Shown here in pieces: positions 41,155 through 51,563 of a DNA stretch of 64,000 bases. The position numbers and the translations under genes are program-made. The first letter of the stretch is position 1. Each line of letters starts with the position of its first letter. The notes beneath the pieces were generated by a model. That model worked only from the letters and a program-made list of their open reading frames with translations, was not told where the DNA came from and did no database searches. Origin of the DNA: Methylovirgula sp. 4M-Z18 (lineage in GTDB: Bacteria; Pseudomonadota; Alphaproteobacteria; Rhizobiales; Beijerinckiaceae); NCBI RefSeq assembly GCF_037890675.1, contig NZ_CP149574.1, positions 2,268,874-2,332,873 on the forward strand, given 5' to 3'.

Positions 41155-42648
41155 ATGGCGAATGTCGAACCATTGACCGGACGCCTTCCGGTTGCGCAGC
41201 AACCCAGCTTTCGCGTTGCCCCGCACAATCTCGAGGCGGAACAGGCCTTGCTAGGCGCCATTCTGGTCAACAATGACGCGTTTGACCGCGTCTCCGATTT
41301 TTTGCGCGCGGAGCATTTTCAGGAGACACGGCACGGCAAGATTTACGAAATTTGCGCCTCGCTCATTCGTTCCGGCAAGATCGCATCGACCGTAACCGTC
41401 AAAACCTTCCTGAACGAAGCGGAATGGGGCGACGTCAATCCGGCAAAATATCTTGGTCGTTTGGCCTCGGAGGCCACGTCGATCATCAATGTCGGCGACT
41501 ATGCGCACGCCATTTATGACCTTGCCGTCCGCCGCCAGCTCATTCGTATCGGCGAAGACATTGTCAACACTGCCTACGACGCGCCGGTCGATCTCACGCC
41601 GCGCACCCAGATCGAAGAGGCCGAGCGCAATCTGTATCAGGTCGCAGAAAGCGGCCGTGCCGATGGCGGGTTCCAATCTTTCGGCAATGCGCTCACCATC
41701 GCCATGGATATGGCGGCCAAGGCCTTCCAGCGCGATGGGGCTTTATCGGGCGTGTCAACCGGCTTGAGAGAACTCGACCGCGTGATGGGCGGCTTGCAGC
41801 GCTCCGACCTCCTCGTCCTTGCCGGGCGACCGGGCATGGGCAAGACGTCGCTTGCAACCAATATCGGCTTCAACATCGCCAAGGCCTACCGGTTCGAAAC
41901 GAAAGCCGACGGGTCGCACGAGGCCGTCAATGGCGGCATCGTCGGCTTCTTTTCGCTCGAAATGTCGGCGGAGCAATTGGCCGCCCGTATCATCGCTGAA
42001 CAATCCGGCGTCGCCTCCTACAAAATTCGCCGCGGCGATATGACGGAGCATGATTTTCAGCATCTCACCGATGCGGCGCGCGAAATTCAAACGATCCCAT
42101 TCTACATCGACCAGACCGGCGGCATCTCGATCGCGCAACTGACAGCCCGGGCCCGCCGCCTCAAGCGCCAGCGCGGCCTTGACGTGTTGATCATCGACTA
42201 TATTCAGCTCCTCTCCGGCTCCAAATCGAAAGGCGACAATCGCGTGCAGGAGCTGACGGAAATCACCACCGGTCTCAAAGCCCTGGCCAAAGAACTCAGC
42301 GTCCCTATCATTGCGCTGTCGCAGCTCTCGCGTCAGGTCGAACAGCGCGACGACAAGCGCCCGCAATTGTCGGACTTGCGTGAATCAGGCTCTATCGAAC
42401 AGGACGCCGACGTGGTGATCTTCGTGTATCGCGAAGAATATTATCTGAAAAATCGCGAGCCGCGGGCGGGCACCGAGGAACATATCACCTGGATGAACGA
42501 AATGGAGCGCGCGCATGGCCGCGCCGAAGTGATCATCGGTAAGCAGCGCCATGGCCCGACGGGAACGGTCGAGCTGCAATTCGAAGCCGAAGTGACGCGC
42601 TTCTCGGATCTTGCGAGCGAGGACAATCTGCCGGTACAGATGGATTGA
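41155..42648 (+). CDS. dnaB: Replicative DNA helicase DnaB
   Basis: GRPGMGKTSLATNI Walker A, the SLEMS motif and a DnaB N-domain. No intein. Confidence 0.95.
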   Translation: MANVEPLTGRLPVAQQPSFRVAPHNLEAEQALLGAILVNNDAFDRVSDFLRAEHFQETRHGKIYEICASLIRSGKIASTVTVKTFLNEAEWGDVNPAKYLGRLASEATSIINVGDYAHAIYDLAVRRQLIRIGEDIVNTAYDAPVDLTPRTQIEEAERNLYQVAESGRADGGFQSFGNALTIAMDMAAKAFQRDGALSGVSTGLRELDRVMGGLQRSDLLVLAGRPGMGKTSLATNIGFNIAKAYRFETKADGSHEAVNGGIVGFFSLEMSAEQLAARIIAEQSGVASYKIRRGDMTEHDFQHLTDAAREIQTIPFYIDQTGGISIAQLTARARRLKRQRGLDVLIIDYIQLLSGSKSKGDNRVQELTEITTGLKALAKELSVPIIALSQLSRQVEQRDDKRPQLSDLRESGSIEQDADVVIFVYREEYYLKNREPRAGTEEHITWMNEMERAHGRAEVIIGKQRHGPTGTVELQFEAEVTRFSDLASEDNLPVQMD

Positions 42649-43754
42649 GCATGATTCCTGATATTCTCGAGACCCAATCCAACGGCATTCTCACCATCGA
42701 CTTGCGCGCCCTCGCGGACAATTGGCGCCTGCTGAAAGCCCGAGTCGCGCCGGCGGAATGCACGGCGGTGGTCAAGGCCAATGCCTATGGCATCGGGATC
42801 GAGCAAGCAGTGCCGGCATTGCTGCGTGCCGGCTGCAAAACATTCTTTACCGCCCATGTCAGCGAAGCGATCCGCGCACGTGCGGTTGCGAGCGACGCAA
42901 CGATCTACGTGCTCAACGGCCTGCCCGCCGACAGCGTCGCGCTCTACGGTCAATATAATTTGCGCGCCGTGATCGGTAGCCCGCAGGATCTCGTGCTGTG
43001 GCAAAACCATATGCGGCAGCCGTTCGCGCTGCATGTGGAATCCGGCATGAACCGGCTTGGCTTCGAGCCGGGAACGGAACAGATTCTCGCGGCCAACCTG
43101 CCGGCGCCGCCCGCCCTGCTGATGAGCCACTTCATCGCTGCGGAGGAACCGGACAATGCCGGCAATCAACGGCAGATCGATCATTTCGCGCATGTGCGCA
43201 ATTATTTCGACGCGTCGGTCCCGGCGAGCCTATGCAATTCGAGCGGCATATTTCTGGAGCAACGCCCCTTCCATGACCTGGTGCGCCCCGGCTTTGCGCT
43301 TTACGGCGGCAATCCGACTCCGGGCCGCGCCAATCCGATGCGGCCAGTCGTCGCGCTCGACGTGCGCATCCTGCAGATCCGGCAGATCGCCGCCGGCCAG
43401 ACCGTCGGCTACAATGCCCGCTGGACGGCGCCGCGACCGTCGCGTCTGGCGATCTTGAGTCTTGGCTATGCCGACGGGTTCCCCATGGGCGCCGGCCACA
43501 TCGACGGGCGCACGACGCCGGGCGCACAGGCAATCATCGCCGGCTACCCCTGCCCGTTCGTCGGCCGCACATCCATGGATCTGACGGTCGTCGATGTCAC
43601 CGATGTACCGGAAGAGGCGCTGCAACATGCCGCCATGGCGCGCATTCTCGGCGACGAGATCAGTGTGAACGATCTGGCCGAGCGCTCGGGCACAATCGGC
43701 TACGAAATTCTCACCAGCCTCGGCCGCCGCTTTACCCGGCGCTACATCGCGTAA
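42645..43754 (+). CDS. alr: Alanine racemase
   Basis: AVVKANAYGIGIEQ PLP-lysine motif. Its start overlaps the dnaB stop. Confidence 0.9.
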   Translation: MSMIPDILETQSNGILTIDLRALADNWRLLKARVAPAECTAVVKANAYGIGIEQAVPALLRAGCKTFFTAHVSEAIRARAVASDATIYVLNGLPADSVALYGQYNLRAVIGSPQDLVLWQNHMRQPFALHVESGMNRLGFEPGTEQILAANLPAPPALLMSHFIAAEEPDNAGNQRQIDHFAHVRNYFDASVPASLCNSSGIFLEQRPFHDLVRPGFALYGGNPTPGRANPMRPVVALDVRILQIRQIAAGQTVGYNARWTAPRPSRLAILSLGYADGFPMGAGHIDGRTTPGAQAIIAGYPCPFVGRTSMDLTVVDVTDVPEEALQHAAMARILGDEISVNDLAERSGTIGYEILTSLGRRFTRRYIA

Positions 43755-43918
43755 CCGGACACCAAATCCGCCTGCAGCGTTCAGCACTTCACATGTCTTC
43801 ATCATCCCATAGCGACCTGCTTGGCTTGTTGCGCACGGCCTAAGCAAACCTTATGGTCGCGAGAGACTGCCCAAAATAACAAAGATCGATTCTGCTAGAC
43901 GCGAAGCAGGAAACAATC

Positions 43919-46744
43919 ATGAAAGCCCCCATTTCCCGCAGGAAACTGCTCATGAGCGCGGCCGCTGCGGGCGTCGCGGTCAAAATCTCCTATCTTGCGA
44001 CGGCTGCAAAAGCCGACCTGATTGAAACGCCGCCGCGTCCCGGCGCCGATTGGCTGAAGCCCACCGGCAAACCCAAATACCGCCTCGATGCGATCGCCAA
44101 GGTCACCGGCCAAAAGACTTTTACGCGCGATTATCGTGCGCGTGACCTTGCCGGCTGGCCCACTCAGCAGTCGCATGCGCTTATGCTGCATGCGACCAAG
44201 GTGGACCGTACATTCGAAGGCATCGATCTTCGCGTTTTAAAGGACGACCTCAGGCCGGACCGCGTCGTGCTGCACGAAGATCTTGTCGCCGATGGCATCG
44301 AAATTCCGGTGCCTGGATTTTACGGCGACGTCTTCTTCGTCCCCAAGGGGCAGACGGCGCGCCTATTGGGGCAACCGGTCGCGATGCTGATCTATCACGA
44401 TTTCGCCCGTTATGACGCGGCCAAGCGCATGCTGCGTTTCGACGACAGCATCGTGCGGTTCGGCGACAAGGCACCGCTCAGCACGCCCGCCCATTATGGC
44501 GCCGCCCGTTATGTCAGAATTGATGGCGGCGATCCCTCTGCGAACGATCAATATTCTCCTTTCAAAGAGACAACGATTTTTACCGGTTTCAAGGGGGACG
44601 ATCCGCAATGGCCTGTGGCCGGTGACGACACCGCCATGGCTCGCGGCATGCTTGCTGCGGCGCAGATCGAAAAGGACATTGCCGCAGCCGGCGACGACAA
44701 GCTGGTTCTGCGCCGGTCCTACTTCTCACAATCGACCGATGCTTCGGCCATGGAAGCGGACAACGGCAACGTCTGGTACGATCCCGCAACCCAGATTCTC
44801 CATGCGATGATGGCGACGCAATCGCCGTACGAAGTCGCCGGTGTCACCGCTCACATGGTGTCGAAATCGAAATTTCCGCTCAAGCAGATCGATTTGCGGC
44901 TTGGCTATACGGTTGGGTACGGCACCAAAGATCACTCGATTTTCCCGTTCTACTGCGTGCTGGCCGGGCTCTACGGCGATGGGCGACCGGTGCGTCTCGC
45001 CAACGACCGGTATGAACAATTCCAGATGGCGCTGAAGCGTCACGCCTTCTGGATGGACAATGTGCTGGTCGTCGATCGGAAAACCGGCCAATTCCAAGCC
45101 ATGACCGGACGGTTCAAGAACGACGGCGGCGGCCGCCAGAATTTTTCAGTCGAGGTCGGCACAGTCGGCGCGACCGCAGCGCAGTCAATCTATTATTTGC
45201 CCAAGAGCGACTTCTCGGTTGCGATCTTGGCCTCGCGCGCCGTCGATGCCGGATCGACTCGCGGCTACGGCACGTTGCAAAGCATGTCGGCGACCGAAAT
45301 GATGGTCGACGAAGCCGCCGAGTTGCTGAAGATCGACGCGATCGACCTGCGGCTGAAGAATGCTTTTAGGACTGGGATGAAGAATACGCAGGGCGCGATC
45401 CCGTCCGGCGCAATGCGCCATGAGGAAATCCTGCGCAAGGCGAAACAACATCCTCTTTGGGCCAATCGTCAGCAGAAAAAAGTGGCATACGAAGCGGCAA
45501 ACCCCGGCAAGAAATACGGCATCGGTTACGGCCACGTGCAGAAGGATTACGGCACCGGAGCCGAGTCAGCACTCGTCGCGATCGAGTTTGACACGCAGGG
45601 ACGCCTCAAGCTTTCCCACGTCGCGCACGAGATCGGCACCGGCGCAACCACGTCCCAGGCCATCATGGTGGGTGACATTCTTGGACGGGCGCCGGATGAA
45701 ACGGAATTCGGCAAGATCCTGTGGCCGCAAATGCCGCTCGAGACCACTGACGAACCTTATACGATGGCGCAAGCCGACGAGGATGAACGCAAGAAGAATC
45801 CGCGGTGGACTCCCACTTTCACCTCGCCCATGAGTGCATCCAACAGCGTGTACTATCTCGGTCATGCGACGCGCGAGGCCGCGCGCGCCCTGGTCGATCT
45901 GGCAATCTGGCCGGCGGCCCGTTCGCTGTGGTCGCAGGGCGTTGGCGGTGGCCAGATCGCGCCTGAATCGGTACGGCGCGACGAATTGCGGCTCGCGCAG
46001 GGAGCTATCAATGCCGCCGGCATGCAGCCGCTGCCTTTTGCTGCCGTCGCGGCAGAGGCCCACCGCCTTGGCCTCGTGACGGGCGTGACCGTTCACACCT
46101 TCAATCGCTGGCAATGGGCGGAGGCCGAATTTGATGTCGAAGGAGCCGGCCATCATCGCTTTGCCATCGATGCACTCGCCGTCAAATATGGCGACGGTGC
46201 AGCGCCGGAGCGCAAGGCGCTGATGACCTTGGAGGGCTGGCAATTCGTCGAGCGCGCGGCGGTCTTCTATCCGCCGACCCAGCGCAACAATGCCGGTGTC
46301 ACCTATTACGCCCCCATGGCGAGTCTCGCTGAAATCGTCGTCGACACGGCAACCGGCAGCGTCTCCGTGCTTTCGCATCACTCGATCTATGACTGCGGGA
46401 CGCAGATCGTGCCAGAACTCGTCTCTGGTCAGGTACAAGGCGCCCTCGCCATGGGTATCGGCCACGTCCTGAAAGAATATCTGCCCCTCTACGAGGACGG
46501 TCCCGGAGACGGGACATGGAATTGGAACCGCTACGAGCTCCCAACGGCCAAAGACGTTGCCGTGTGGTCGCAGACATCGGAATCGCTGCCGCCCCTATCG
46601 GATACGGATCCTCCCAAAGGCATGGCGGAAGTGGTGATGATCGCGATCGTTCCCGCCATTGCCAACGCCGTCGCCCATGCCATCGGCAAGCGGTTTTATT
46701 CTCTGCCCATCACTGCGGAAAAAATCCGGGAGGCCTTGGCGTGA
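43919..46744 (+). CDS. Molybdopterin-dependent aldehyde oxidoreductase large subunit with Tat signal
   Basis: Twin-arginine signal SRRKLLMSAAAAG. 941-aa xanthine dehydrogenase-family molybdenum-binding subunit. Confidence 0.8.
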   Translation: MKAPISRRKLLMSAAAAGVAVKISYLATAAKADLIETPPRPGADWLKPTGKPKYRLDAIAKVTGQKTFTRDYRARDLAGWPTQQSHALMLHATKVDRTFEGIDLRVLKDDLRPDRVVLHEDLVADGIEIPVPGFYGDVFFVPKGQTARLLGQPVAMLIYHDFARYDAAKRMLRFDDSIVRFGDKAPLSTPAHYGAARYVRIDGGDPSANDQYSPFKETTIFTGFKGDDPQWPVAGDDTAMARGMLAAAQIEKDIAAAGDDKLVLRRSYFSQSTDASAMEADNGNVWYDPATQILHAMMATQSPYEVAGVTAHMVSKSKFPLKQIDLRLGYTVGYGTKDHSIFPFYCVLAGLYGDGRPVRLANDRYEQFQMALKRHAFWMDNVLVVDRKTGQFQAMTGRFKNDGGGRQNFSVEVGTVGATAAQSIYYLPKSDFSVAILASRAVDAGSTRGYGTLQSMSATEMMVDEAAELLKIDAIDLRLKNAFRTGMKNTQGAIPSGAMRHEEILRKAKQHPLWANRQQKKVAYEAANPGKKYGIGYGHVQKDYGTGAESALVAIEFDTQGRLKLSHVAHEIGTGATTSQAIMVGDILGRAPDETEFGKILWPQMPLETTDEPYTMAQADEDERKKNPRWTPTFTSPMSASNSVYYLGHATREAARALVDLAIWPAARSLWSQGVGGGQIAPESVRRDELRLAQGAINAAGMQPLPFAAVAAEAHRLGLVTGVTVHTFNRWQWAEAEFDVEGAGHHRFAIDALAVKYGDGAAPERKALMTLEGWQFVERAAVFYPPTQRNNAGVTYYAPMASLAEIVVDTATGSVSVLSHHSIYDCGTQIVPELVSGQVQGALAMGIGHVLKEYLPLYEDGPGDGTWNWNRYELPTAKDVAVWSQTSESLPPLSDTDPPKGMAEVVMIAIVPAIANAVAHAIGKRFYSLPITAEKIREALA

Positions 46745-47286
46745 CCATTGCGACGAAGAAGCTCTCCCTGACCATCAACGATCAGGCGGTCGGTCCCATC
46801 GATGTGCCCGAAGCCATGATGATGCAGGATTTCCTCTACGAATATCTCAACCTCACCGCATCGCGCATGGGGTGCGGCCAGGGCATTTGCCACGCTTGCA
46901 CCATCATCGTCGAGAAAGATGATGGCGCGCTCGAGGAAACGCGCACCTGCATCATGGGCGCCCATTGGTTTGCCGGTAAGAAAGTGCGCACGGTGGAGGG
47001 CCACGCAAAGCGCGACGCGACGGGCGCGATTGTTGCATTGTCCCCGGTGCAGCAGGCATTCATCGAGCATTTTTCCTTTCAGTGCGGCTATTGCACGCCA
47101 GGCTTCGTGACGGGCGCGACGGTGCTCATGGATCAACTGAAGCGTAATCCGATCCGTCGCGAGGAGCTGGAGCCGACCATCGTCGAGGCGCTCGACCGGC
47201 ATATATGCCGCTGCTCCGGCTATGTCCGCTACCTCGAAGCGGTGCGCGATCTCATTCTGCAGACCCCCGGATTGGTGAAGGCCTAG
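46741..47286 (+). CDS. [2Fe-2S]-binding small subunit of the aldehyde oxidoreductase
   Basis: GCGQGICHACT and CGYCTPG ferredoxin-like cysteine clusters. GTG start overlapping the upstream stop. Confidence 0.8.
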   Translation: MTIATKKLSLTINDQAVGPIDVPEAMMMQDFLYEYLNLTASRMGCGQGICHACTIIVEKDDGALEETRTCIMGAHWFAGKKVRTVEGHAKRDATGAIVALSPVQQAFIEHFSFQCGYCTPGFVTGATVLMDQLKRNPIRREELEPTIVEALDRHICRCSGYVRYLEAVRDLILQTPGLVKA

Positions 47287-47291
47287 CGCGC

Positions 47292-48578
47292 ATGCTGAAG
47301 AAACTTCTCTTGGTCGCGGCAGCGCTCGTCATTCTCGTTGGGCTGTTCGCAGGGTGCGTCTTTATCGGGCTGTTCGAGAAAAGCGTGGTTGCGAAAGACA
47401 TCGAGCAACCATTGTCCGTCGATCAAATGAAGGCACTCGCCGAGCGCGGCGCCTATGTCGCCGTGGCCGCCGATTGCTATGCCTGTCACACCGCCAAGGA
47501 CGGTGCGCCCTGGGCCGGCGGCTTGCCATTCGCAACGCCGTTCGGAACGCTCTACGCGACGAATATTTCACCGGACAAAGAGAATGGTATCGGCAGTTGG
47601 ACCCGTGCGGAATTCCATCGCGCGGTCCGTGACGGTATCGGCAGGCGCGGCCATCTTTTTCCCGCCATGCCCTATGCCTCTTACCGCAACATGACACCGG
47701 AGGATGTCGATGCGGTCTATGCCTATCTGATGACGCGCGCGCCGATGAATGTGCCGAACAAGCCGGCGGAACTGACGTTTCCATTCAATATCCGCCAAGG
47801 TCTCACATTCTGGAACCTCTTCAATCTTCCTGGGAGCGCGGCGAGTGCCGATGCCGCCCGTTCGGAAACTTGGAATCGCGGCAGATACTTGACCGATGCA
47901 CTTGCGCATTGTGGTGAATGCCACACGCCGCGCAATCTCTTGATGGGGATGCGGCAGGACGCCTATCTCCAAGGCGCGTTGCTGGAAGGCGTTGTCGCGC
48001 CGGACATCACCAAGGCCGGTTTGACGCAAATGGGGTTCGAGCCCTCGGTCTTGGCGTCGTTCATGAAATCGGGAATCTCGAACCAGGGCGCGATGGCCAA
48101 TCAGATGTTCGAGGTCGTGCATTTCTCGACGCAATATATGAGCCGCGACGACCTGAACGCGCTGTCTGCCTATCTTTTCGATCTCGACAAGATGCCGGAC
48201 AGTACGATTCCGCCGGAGCCACCAAAGCCTGTCGCCATCGCATCCGATGTCGCGGCGTCGGCGAAGACAACCTATGTCGCAGTCTGTTCCGGCTGCCACG
48301 GCGCCGACGGGCAAGGCATTCCGCACGTTGTCGTGCCGCTCACGACCAATACATCTTTACGTCTTTCCAGTGGACGCAATCTGATCCGCGCCGTCCTCGA
48401 CGGTATTCCGGCACAGCATTTTCCAGGTCTGGAGCGGATGCAGCCGATGCCGGGCTTTAAGACCCTGCTCACCGATCAGCAGGTCGCAGATCTTGCCAAT
48501 TGGCTGCGCGCGTCGTGGGGAGGCCAGGAACCGAAGGTCACGCTGGACGATGTTCGCCAAACTCGCCTGGACAATTGA
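47292..48578 (+). CDS. Triheme cytochrome c subunit of a membrane-bound aldehyde dehydrogenase
   Basis: Three CxxCH motifs (CYACH, CGECH, CSGCH) and an N-terminal membrane anchor. Confidence 0.8.
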   Translation: MLKKLLLVAAALVILVGLFAGCVFIGLFEKSVVAKDIEQPLSVDQMKALAERGAYVAVAADCYACHTAKDGAPWAGGLPFATPFGTLYATNISPDKENGIGSWTRAEFHRAVRDGIGRRGHLFPAMPYASYRNMTPEDVDAVYAYLMTRAPMNVPNKPAELTFPFNIRQGLTFWNLFNLPGSAASADAARSETWNRGRYLTDALAHCGECHTPRNLLMGMRQDAYLQGALLEGVVAPDITKAGLTQMGFEPSVLASFMKSGISNQGAMANQMFEVVHFSTQYMSRDDLNALSAYLFDLDKMPDSTIPPEPPKPVAIASDVAASAKTTYVAVCSGCHGADGQGIPHVVVPLTTNTSLRLSSGRNLIRAVLDGIPAQHFPGLERMQPMPGFKTLLTDQQVADLANWLRASWGGQEPKVTLDDVRQTRLDN

Positions 48579-48586
48579 TCGACAGT

Positions 48587-49321
48587 CTACCGCTCGCCTT
48601 TGCGCCAAGCGTCGAAGGCCCAATCGCCACCACGGAAGAAATTCAGATCAAGATCCGTCGCGACGCCCGGGCGCCGGGCGTGATCGTGATATTGCCAGAT
48701 GACCCATTGCTGGACGCGGTAGTTCGGCGGCCATTGGATGCTCCGCACCCAAATATCCTTGTCGTCGAACTGGCCTTGCAGGTAGGTGCGCTCGAACTCG
48801 TCCGTCACATAGAGCACCGGCTGGCGGCCGTATTTGTCGGCGAGCAGCTTTTGCAATTTGGCGATTTCGGCCACCGGATCCTTCATCACATATTTGTTGC
48901 CGCACGGACCGAGGGTCTCAAGATCGATCATCGGCGGCAGCGCATCGGACGCGCTCGGAACCGTGGCGATGAAATTCTTGGCCTGATCTTCGGCTTTGCT
49001 GCACAGCGTGAAAAAATGATAGGCGCCGCGCACGACCCCGGCTTGCGCCGCGCTGGCCCAATTGCGCTGAAAATGATCGTCCTGCAGATTTGAGCCCTCG
49101 GTCGCCTTGATATAGGCGAAACGCACGCGGCTGCTGGCAAGGGACGGCCAATCGATATCGCCCTGATAATGCGACACGTCCACGCCGACCACCTGGCCAA
49201 CGAGCGCGAGCGGCCAGCCATAATAGAACGCCGCGGACAGCCCGCCACCGAGGACCCCCGCCATCACGATGACGAAGGTCAGCCAGCCCATAAATCTCCG
49301 AGATCGACGCTGCAATTCCAC
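48587..49321 (-). CDS. Glycoside hydrolase family 25 lysozyme (muramidase) with an N-terminal membrane anchor
   Basis: GVDVSHYQGDIDW...AYIKATEG...YHFF GH25 motifs. Stand-alone gene. Confidence 0.75.
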   Translation of the reverse strand: MELQRRSRRFMGWLTFVIVMAGVLGGGLSAAFYYGWPLALVGQVVGVDVSHYQGDIDWPSLASSRVRFAYIKATEGSNLQDDHFQRNWASAAQAGVVRGAYHFFTLCSKAEDQAKNFIATVPSASDALPPMIDLETLGPCGNKYVMKDPVAEIAKLQKLLADKYGRQPVLYVTDEFERTYLQGQFDDKDIWVRSIQWPPNYRVQQWVIWQYHDHARRPGVATDLDLNFFRGGDWAFDAWRKGER

Positions 49322-49400
49322 TCCGCTGCGATAGGCCTGGACTCGAATCGAAAGAACGTTCTATATACGTTCTTATCCCGACTCACTCCTCTAGTATCGC

Positions 49401-50795
49401 ATGGCCAAACTCCGCTCCACCTTCATCTGCCAGAATTGCGGCGCCGTCTCCCAACGCTGGCAGGGCAAGTGCGAGGCGTGCGGCGAATGGAATTCGATCG
49501 TCGAAGAGAGCCTTTCGTCCGGTATCGGCGCCCAGGCGGCGCGGGGCGCCGGCAAGGGACGAATCTTTCCCCTCGAAGGCCTCACGGGTCAGCACAAACC
49601 GGAGCCACGCATCGTCGCCGGGATCGGCGAGCTTGATCGGGTCACGGGTGGCGGCTTCGTGCCGGGCTCCGTTATTCTCATCGGCGGCGAGCCGGGTATC
49701 GGCAAATCGACCCTGCTGATCCAGGCCTGCGCCGCCCTCGCCCATCGCAAGCACCGGGTCGTCTACATCTCCGGCGAAGAGGCCGTGGCACAGGTGCGGC
49801 TGCGCGCCGAGCGCCTCGGGCTTGCCAGCGCGCCCGTCGAGCTTGCCGCGGAAACCTCGGTCGAGGACATTATCGCGACGTTGCGGCAAAGCAGGACGCC
49901 GGGGCTGGTGATCATTGATTCCATTCAGACCATGTGGACTGATTCGGTCGATTCGGCGCCGGGCACGGTCACGCAGGTGCGCGGATCGGCCCAGGCGCTG
50001 ATCCGCTACGCCAAGACGAGCGGCGCAGCCGTCATCCTGGTGGGCCATGTCACCAAGGACGGTCAGATCGCCGGTCCTCGGGTCGTCGAACACATGGTGG
50101 ATGCGGTCATTTCTTTCGAAGGCGACGGCGGCCATCATTTTCGCATTTTGCGGGCGGTCAAAAACCGTTTCGGCGCGACGGACGAAATCGGCGTCTTCGA
50201 AATGACCGGACAAGGCCTGTCCGAAGTCGCCAATCCGTCCGCCCTATTTCTGTCCGGCCGCGATGTCACGGCGCCGGGCGCGGCGGTTTTTGCCGGGATG
50301 GAGGGAACGCGCCCCGTTCTCGTGGAAGTTCAAGCGCTTGTCGCGCCGACTTCACTTGGCACACCACGCCGTGCGGTGGTTGGCTGGGACTCCAACCGGC
50401 TCGCCATGGTGATCGCCGTTCTGGAAGCCCACGCCGGACTGCGCCTCGGCCAGCATGATATCTATCTGAATGTGGCCGGCGGCTTGCGGGTGGGCGAGCC
50501 GGCCGCGGATCTCGCGGCGGCAGCGGCGCTCGTCTCGTCGCTCACAGGCGCGCAACTGCCGTCCGACGCGGCGTTCTTCGGCGAAATCGGCCTCTCGGGT
50601 GCGATCCGCCCGGTGATCCATGCGGGTCTGCGCTTGAAAGAAGCGGCGAAGCTCGGGTTCAAATCGGCCGTCGCCCCACCCCTGCCTGGCGATGGCGGCG
50701 AAACCTCTCCGATTCCGCTGCGTCCGGCAACCCATATTGCCGGGGTGGTGGCCGACATTGCCGCCGCGGGTGTCGCGGCTAAGCCAAAAGGCTAG
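49401..50795 (+). CDS. radA: DNA repair protein RadA (Sms)
   Basis: N-terminal C4 zinc finger, RecA-like GEPGIGKSTLL and a Lon-like C-terminal domain. Confidence 0.93.
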   Translation: MAKLRSTFICQNCGAVSQRWQGKCEACGEWNSIVEESLSSGIGAQAARGAGKGRIFPLEGLTGQHKPEPRIVAGIGELDRVTGGGFVPGSVILIGGEPGIGKSTLLIQACAALAHRKHRVVYISGEEAVAQVRLRAERLGLASAPVELAAETSVEDIIATLRQSRTPGLVIIDSIQTMWTDSVDSAPGTVTQVRGSAQALIRYAKTSGAAVILVGHVTKDGQIAGPRVVEHMVDAVISFEGDGGHHFRILRAVKNRFGATDEIGVFEMTGQGLSEVANPSALFLSGRDVTAPGAAVFAGMEGTRPVLVEVQALVAPTSLGTPRRAVVGWDSNRLAMVIAVLEAHAGLRLGQHDIYLNVAGGLRVGEPAADLAAAAALVSSLTGAQLPSDAAFFGEIGLSGAIRPVIHAGLRLKEAAKLGFKSAVAPPLPGDGGETSPIPLRPATHIAGVVADIAAAGVAAKPKG

Positions 50796-50844
50796 AGGCC
50801 ATTGTCGTTCCGCCACAATATGCTAGCTTGCGACGAATCGCGCA

Positions 50845-51402
50845 ATGGCATTGATTATGTTGATGAAATTCACAATCGCCCCACGTCTTGAAACGGATCG
50901 CCTCATCCTGCGGGGCTACGAGGTCGATGATTTCGCCGCCATGGCTGCCTATTGGGCCGAGCCCTCCATGACTCGCTACACGACCGGCAAAATTCCAAGC
51001 CGCGAAGAGATTTGGTCGCGGATGATGCGCTATGCCGGCATGTGGGCAAAACTTGGCTACGGCTTCTGGCTCATCTGCGAAAAGCCGACGAATACGATGG
51101 TCGGCTCGGCCGGGTTCACCAATATGCACCGGGACATAGAACCTTGTCAGGATAACTGGATGGAGCAAGGCTGGAGCATTCATCCCGCCATGGAAGGCAA
51201 GGGCTATGCGACTGAAGCCTCGCAGGCAATTTTGTCGTGGGGACAAAAGCATTACGCCGATGTCCGCAAGTTCTGCACGATCCACCCGGACAATATCGCC
51301 TCGATCAAAGTGGCACTCAAATGCGGATATCGTGAAGAGCTGCGTCTCATGTACGCCGACAAACCATTGGTGCAATTCCGTCTTGGCGAAAATGGAGCCT
51401 AA
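50845..51402 (+). CDS. GNAT-family N-acetyltransferase
   Basis: RimJ/RimL-like pattern with an acetyl-CoA binding region (GKGYATEA). Confidence 0.7.
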   Translation: MALIMLMKFTIAPRLETDRLILRGYEVDDFAAMAAYWAEPSMTRYTTGKIPSREEIWSRMMRYAGMWAKLGYGFWLICEKPTNTMVGSAGFTNMHRDIEPCQDNWMEQGWSIHPAMEGKGYATEASQAILSWGQKHYADVRKFCTIHPDNIASIKVALKCGYREELRLMYADKPLVQFRLGENGA

Positions 51403-51563
51403 GCGGCTTAAACCGTTGCCAAATTATCACTGAATTTCCGAGGAAATAAGGTGACGGGGTAGATCGGCTTCGTTATAAGGCCCTCCGGGTGCGATGCACC
51501 GGATTTGTCTTTCTAGCTTTTTGAGGGCTGCCGAGCAGCCCGAGTAGCAGAGGCTTAGCGTCC

